Program-made: the position numbers and the translations under genes
Notes under the pieces: generated by a model
What the model was told of the DNA's origin: nothing
What the model saw: the letters and a program-made list of their open reading frames with translations, nothing else
Databases searched by the model: none
NCBI GenBank assembly: GCA_903859215.1
Contig: CAIOLW010000161.1
Location: forward strand, 23,131 to 87,130
Source of the DNA: an uncultured bacterium
GTDB lineage: Bacteria > Krumholzibacteriota > Krumholzibacteriia > LZORAL124-64-63
DNA: 64,000 bases
Reading direction: 5' to 3'
Shown here: positions 60,212 through 64,000 of the stretch, in pieces
Numbering within the stretch: the stretch's first letter is position 1
Layout of the letters: each line of letters begins with the position of its first letter

Positions 60212-61846
60212 ATGTCCGACGTCATGTTCACGATCCCGGCTCCCCGCAACGAACCCGTGCTCGGCTACCTCGAGGGCTCGCCCGAGAAGGCCGAACTGAA
60301 GGCCGCGCTGGCGCAGATGGCCTCCGAGCAGGTGGAGATCCCGCTGCTCATCGACGGCCAGGAAGTCCGCACCGGCCGCCTGGCCGATTGCGTGATGCCG
60401 CACGACCACGCGCACAAGCTCGGCTGCTACCACAAGGCCGAGGAGAAGGAAGTCAAGACCGCCATCGCGGCCGCCGAGAAGGCGCGCCCGGGCTGGGCCG
60501 CCATGCCCTTCCAGCATCGCGCGGCGATCCTGCTGAAGGCCGCCGAACTGCTGGCCGGCCGGCGGCGGATGGAACTGAACGCCGCCACGATGCTCGGCCA
60601 GAGCAAGACCGCGTTCCAGGCCGAGATCGACTCGGCCGCCGAGTTGATCGACTTCTGGCGTTTCAACCCGCACTTCGCCGAGCAGATCCTGCGCGAGCAG
60701 CCCCGCAGTTCGCCTGGCACCTGGAACACGCTCGAGCAGCGCCCGCTCGACGGCTTCGTGTTCGCGGTGACGCCGTTCAATTTCACGAGCATCGCCGGCA
60801 ACCTGCCGACCGCGCCGATGCTGATGGGCAACACGGTGGTCTGGAAGCCCGCGTCCAGTTCGGTGCTCAGCGGCTGGGTGATCATGAACATCCTGCGCGA
60901 GGCCGGGCTGCCCGACGGCGTCATCAACTTCGTGCCCGGCAGCGGCGGGCAGGTCGGCAACCCGGTGATGGCGGCCCCCGAACTGGGCGGCGTGCACTTC
61001 ACCGGCTCGACGAGCGTGTTCCATGACATGTGGCGCACGATCGGGAACAACATCGCGAACTACCGCTGCTACCCGCGACTGGTCGGCGAGACCGGCGGCA
61101 AGGACTTCATCTTCGCGCACCCGAGCGCCGACGTCGACGCGCTGGTGACCGCGATGGTCCGCGGCTCCTTCGAGTACCAGGGCCAGAAGTGCAGCGCCGC
61201 CAGCCGCGCCTACATCCCCGAGAGCCTGTGGCCGCAGGTGAAGCCGAAGCTGCTCGAGGCCATCGCCTCGATCAGGATGGGCGACGTCACCGACTTCCGC
61301 ACCTTCATGGGCGCGGTCATCGACAAGGGCGCGTTCAACGACATCAAGGGCTTCATCGACCGCGCGAAGGAAGCCACGGGCAAGGCCCGCATCCTGGCCG
61401 GCGGCGGCTGCGACATGTCGACCGGGTTCTTCGTCGAGCCCACGGTCATCGAGGCGCTCGACCCGCTGTACGAGACGATGGTCGAGGAGATCTTCGGACC
61501 GGTGCTGACGCTGCACGTCTTCGCGGACAAGGACCTCGCGAAGATGCTGCGGATCTGCGACACCTCGGCCACCTACGCGCTGACGGGCGCCATCTTCGCC
61601 CAGGACCGCGCCGCCATCGTCCGCATGAAGGACGAACTGCAGGGCGCCGCGGGCAACTTCTACATCAACGACAAGCCCACGGGCGCCGTGGTGGGGCAGC
61701 AGCCGTTCGGCGGCAGCCGCGCCTCGGGCACGAACGACAAGGCCGGCAGCTACCTGAACCTGATCCGCTGGGTGAGCCCGCGGTCGGTGAAGGAGACGTT
61801 TGACCCGCCGCGGGCTTATCCGTATCCCTACATGTCCGACCGGTAG
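60212..61846 (+). CDS. pruA: L-glutamate gamma-semialdehyde (1-pyrroline-5-carboxylate) dehydrogenase
   Basis: ATG 60212 in frame of ORF 60107..61846. Aldehyde dehydrogenase fold (FTGSTSVF, ETGGKD, YQGQKCSAASR) and the P5CDH-type N-terminus FTIPAPRNEPVLGY. Confidence 0.9.
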   Translation: MSDVMFTIPAPRNEPVLGYLEGSPEKAELKAALAQMASEQVEIPLLIDGQEVRTGRLADCVMPHDHAHKLGCYHKAEEKEVKTAIAAAEKARPGWAAMPFQHRAAILLKAAELLAGRRRMELNAATMLGQSKTAFQAEIDSAAELIDFWRFNPHFAEQILREQPRSSPGTWNTLEQRPLDGFVFAVTPFNFTSIAGNLPTAPMLMGNTVVWKPASSSVLSGWVIMNILREAGLPDGVINFVPGSGGQVGNPVMAAPELGGVHFTGSTSVFHDMWRTIGNNIANYRCYPRLVGETGGKDFIFAHPSADVDALVTAMVRGSFEYQGQKCSAASRAYIPESLWPQVKPKLLEAIASIRMGDVTDFRTFMGAVIDKGAFNDIKGFIDRAKEATGKARILAGGGCDMSTGFFVEPTVIEALDPLYETMVEEIFGPVLTLHVFADKDLAKMLRICDTSATYALTGAIFAQDRAAIVRMKDELQGAAGNFYINDKPTGAVVGQQPFGGSRASGTNDKAGSYLNLIRWVSPRSVKETFDPPRAYPYPYMSDR

Positions 61847-61885
61847 TCGCGCCGCAGACGCGGCCATCGGGCTGGGCGAACAAGG

Positions 61886-61920
61886 CGCGGGGCGGCATGC
61901 TGCCGTCCCGCGTGCTTTTT
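61886..61920 (+). terminator. Rho-independent terminator after pruA
   Basis: 12-bp stem CGCGGGGCGGCA / TGCCGTCCCGCG (one G-U pair), then TGCTTTTT. Confidence 0.65.
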
Positions 61921-61948
61921 CAGGTGCCATGGGGGATGAAGGCGAGGA

Positions 61949-62035
61949 TGGTGCCGGAGGTGGGGCTCGAACCCACACGTCCCGAAGGACACTGGATTTT
62001 GAGTCCAGCGCGTCTACCAGTTCCACCACTCCGGC
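61949..62035 (-). tRNA. tRNA-Leu (anticodon CAA), type II with long variable arm, CCA encoded
   Basis: Reverse complement reads GCCGGAG-UG-GUGG...GGUAGAC-GCGC-U-GGACU-CAA-AAUCCAG-UGUCCUUCGGGACGU-GUGGGUUCGAGCCCCAC-CUCCGGC-A-CCA. The 7-bp acceptor is perfect. Co-linear with E. coli tRNA-Leu as I recall it. Confidence 0.9.
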
Positions 62036-62085
62036 ACCAGAGGGGGGCGCGGGCCGCGACAGGTGCGGCTTCCGGCGACCGGGGG

Positions 62086-62114
62086 ATTTAAGGGGTCCGG
62101 GGCCGCGAAGTCAA
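62086..62114 (-). promoter_or_regulatory. Sigma70 promoter candidate for tRNA-Leu (TTGACT-17-TTAAAT on minus strand)
   Basis: Plus-strand ATTTAA 62086-62091 and AGTCAA 62109-62114. Confidence 0.45.
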
Positions 62115-62128
62115 GGCGGGCGAAATGT

Positions 62129-62156
62129 TTGACACGCACGGTGCCGATGCTATATT
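62129..62156 (+). promoter_or_regulatory. Near-consensus sigma70 promoter for tRNA-Ala (TTGACA-16-TATATT)
   Basis: TTGACA 62129-62134, TATATT 62151-62156. The tRNA starts 21 nt after the -10. Confidence 0.55.
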
Positions 62157-62176
62157 TGCGCTTCGTCGATTCTGGT

Positions 62177-62252
62177 GGGGCCATAGCTCAGCTGGGAGAG
62201 CGCTTGACTGGCAGTCAAGAGGTCAGGGGTTCGATCCCCCTTGGCTCCACCA
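62177..62252 (+). tRNA. tRNA-Ala (anticodon GGC), CCA encoded
   Basis: GGGGCCA-TA-GCTC-AGCTGGGA-GAGC-G-CTTGA-CTGGCAG-TCAAG-AGGTC-AGGGG-TTCGATC-CCCCT-TGGCTCC-A-CCA. 76 nt, with the G3:U70 Ala identity pair. Confidence 0.93.
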
Positions 62253-62271
62253 CCTAAGACAATGCACGTCA

Positions 62272-62303
62272 ACGGCCTGCGGAAACGCGGGCCGTCTGTG
62301 TTT
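62272..62303 (+). terminator. Terminator-like hairpin after tRNA-Ala
   Basis: 10-bp stem ACGGCCTGCG / CGCGGGCCGT closed by a GAAA tetraloop, followed by CTGTGTTT. Confidence 0.6.
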
Positions 62304-62460
62304 CAGGACCGGTCCGGCCGGCTCCGATGCGGCTCCGCGTTGATGATAGGTCCGTCGCCGATCGGATGCTATCCTGTCTGCCCCGACTGCCGACACCCCC
62401 GCGACCGGGAGAACCCCGCATGCCGCCTGTGCCGAAGAACCGTCCCGGGGCCGCCAGCAC

Positions 62461-63162
62461 ATGAGCGAATCCCGGCCTTCCGCGTCCTGGCGTTCCCTGC
62501 TGGGTCCTGCGGCCCTGCTGGCCGTGCTCGCCGTCGCGGCCCGCGTGGCGGCGCCCCGGTGGGAAGCCTGGCAGGGCCAGCTCGCCGCGCTCGGGCCACT
62601 GGCGCCCGCGGCCTACCTGGCGCTGTGGCTCGTACTCGTGCCGTGCGGCTTCCCGGCCGCTGCGCTCGGCCTGCTGGCGGGCGCCGTGTTTGGACCCTGG
62701 CTGGGAAGCGCCTGGGCCGTGGCGGGCCTGGTGGGATCGGGGCTGGCCATGCATGCCCTCGGGCGGCGTTGGCTGAGACCCCGCGTCGCGCGACTCGTCG
62801 CGGGCAGCTCTCGCCTGCGGGCGCTCGATCGGGCCGCGGCCCGCGGCGGTGTCCGCCTGCACCTGCTGGCCCGCCTTTCGCCCTTGAACTACGCCTTCGT
62901 TAGCTACACACTGGCCGGCGGCGGCGCCCCGCTGCGCGCCTACGCGCCGGGGCTGCTCGGGGGCATGCCGGGCCTGGTCGCGTATGTGTGGCTCGGCTCT
63001 GCGGCCGGCAGCGGCCTTCGCGCGCAAGGCGCCGGGGGGCCGGTGCGGCTCGTGGCGCTGGTCGTCGGCGGCGCCAGCCTGCTGCTTCTGGGAGTGCTCG
63101 CGGCGCGGGCGCTGCGCCGCGAGACCGAAACGTTCGGCAGGGACGCGGGTCAGGACTCCTGA
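62461..63162 (+). CDS. TVP38/TMEM64 (DedA-related) family membrane protein
   Basis: Multi-TM protein. FPAAALGLLAGAVFGPWLG, LARLSPLNYAFVSYTLAG match the family pattern as I recall it. Confidence 0.75.
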   Translation: MSESRPSASWRSLLGPAALLAVLAVAARVAAPRWEAWQGQLAALGPLAPAAYLALWLVLVPCGFPAAALGLLAGAVFGPWLGSAWAVAGLVGSGLAMHALGRRWLRPRVARLVAGSSRLRALDRAAARGGVRLHLLARLSPLNYAFVSYTLAGGGAPLRAYAPGLLGGMPGLVAYVWLGSAAGSGLRAQGAGGPVRLVALVVGGASLLLLGVLAARALRRETETFGRDAGQDS

Positions 63163-63223
63163 GCCGCGCCTTCGTCTGTGGAGAGACAGCTTCGGCCGCG
63201 CGCCGGGGGACGAGGTTCGCATC

Positions 63224-64000
63224 ATGGCGAAGAAAGCCGGTGACCCGGGATCCCCGAAGGCGCCCGCGCGCAAGCCCAGCCGCGCGGCGCTGCCGCGCGT
63301 GGAAGCAGGCGGCCTGCTGGCGACCATCCCGGCCGCCCTCCTTGAGGAACTGTGGCAGTGGGAACCGGACACCGATCGCCTCGACGTGCCGGCCGGCGTC
63401 CTGGCGCTGACCGGCTATGCGCGCGAAGAGTTCGGCCGGACCGCCGGCGAGGCCATGCGCCACGTTGCGCCGCAGGACCGCGCGGGCCTGCTCGCCCGCC
63501 TGCAGGCGGCGCTGGCCGGCAGCGCGCCGGCGTTCGCGAGCGAGTTCAAGCTCATGGGACGCGACGGCCGGCAGGCGTGGCTGTCGGTTCGCGCGGCGAT
63601 CGAACGGGACGCCGGCGGCGCCGCGATCCGTGTCAGCGGGACCTGGGCGGATGTGACGGCCCGCGTCGAAGCCGAAGAGGAGCGCGACCGCCTCTTCAAT
63701 GTCTCGATCGACCTGTTGGCTGTCGGCGGCTTCGACGGCTTCCTGCTGCAGGTCAACCCGGCCTGGGTCCGCGTGCTCGGGTGGTCGCGTGACGACCTCA
63801 TGAGCAGCGCCATTATCGACTTCATCCACCCCGAGGACCACGACCTCATGGCCGCCGCCTTCCGGGCCCTGGCCGAGGACCACTCCGTCGCCGACCTGGC
63901 CACGCGCTTCCGCTGCCGGGACGGCACGTACCGCTGGTTGTCGTGGTCGTCGTTCCCGCTACCGGATCGACGGCTCGTGTTCTCGGTCGTGCGCGACATC
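63224..64000 (+). CDS. PAS-domain sensor protein (likely signal-transduction protein), 3' end cut by window edge
   Basis: Not in the supplied ORF track (no stop before the window end). My translation from ATG 63224 is open to nt 64000 (259 codons). Two PAS-like modules (WEPDTDRLDVPAGVLALTGYAREEF...FKLMGRDGRQAWLSVRA; NPAWVRVLGWSRDDLMSSAIIDFIHPEDHD...RFRCRDGTYRWLSW). Confidence 0.8.
   Translation, partial: MAKKAGDPGSPKAPARKPSRAALPRVEAGGLLATIPAALLEELWQWEPDTDRLDVPAGVLALTGYAREEFGRTAGEAMRHVAPQDRAGLLARLQAALAGSAPAFASEFKLMGRDGRQAWLSVRAAIERDAGGAAIRVSGTWADVTARVEAEEERDRLFNVSIDLLAVGGFDGFLLQVNPAWVRVLGWSRDDLMSSAIIDFIHPEDHDLMAAAFRALAEDHSVADLATRFRCRDGTYRWLSWSSFPLPDRRLVFSVVRDI

Overview
High-G+C (about 70% by eye and partial hand counts) bacterial chromosomal core region. 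I call 58 protein genes (56 on the + strand) and 2 tRNAs, tightly packed with many overlapping stop/start codons. I found no transposase, integrase, phage, CRISPR or defence-like genes. Content in order: lon (5'-truncated); an LPS-core block (four GT9 heptosyltransferase paralogs, gmhB, a DUF3108-like protein, a GT39/ArnT-like protein, a polyprenyl-P sugar transferase, acpS); a PhzF-like protein and a long acyl-CoA dehydrogenase; a TPR protein; aroQ-efp-accB | pilT | accC; ftsK, rimO, an unknown secreted repeat protein, bamD, nadD, polA, coaE; prfB (with its +1 programmed frameshift, which the ORF track misses); lysS; lolC/E-lolD-mcsA-mcsB then clpC; bamA-skp-lpxD-lpxC/fabZ-lpxA-lpxB-DUF374(LpxJ-like)-lpxK; an orphan minus-strand lipoprotein; nadB-methyltransferase-bshC-bshB-bshA; a small Minf_1886-like protein followed by tolQ-tolR-tolA-like-tolB-pal-cpoB; a cupin; fbp (minus); pruA; divergent tRNA-Leu(CAA)/tRNA-Ala(GGC); a TVP38-family membrane protein; and a PAS-domain protein that runs off the 3' edge and is absent from the ORF track. 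The organism is clearly a diderm (Bam, Lol, Tol-Pal, lipid A genes). The LpxC-FabZ fusion plus bacillithiol genes suggest an FCB-group-like or related deep-branching lineage; this is inference only. I see no clear-cut novel system. The best candidates for follow-up are: (1) a Firmicute-type McsA/McsB/ClpC arginine-phosphorylation module translationally coupled to lolCD, with no ctsR; (2) a fully contiguous bacillithiol operon headed by a coupled SAM methyltransferase (possible N-methyl-bacillithiol synthase); (3) an orphan pilT, with a terminator hairpin on each side, splitting the conserved accB-accC pair; (4) uncharacterised envelope proteins next to bamD, lpxK and tolQ. All calls come from reading the translations and the DNA. 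No database search was run.
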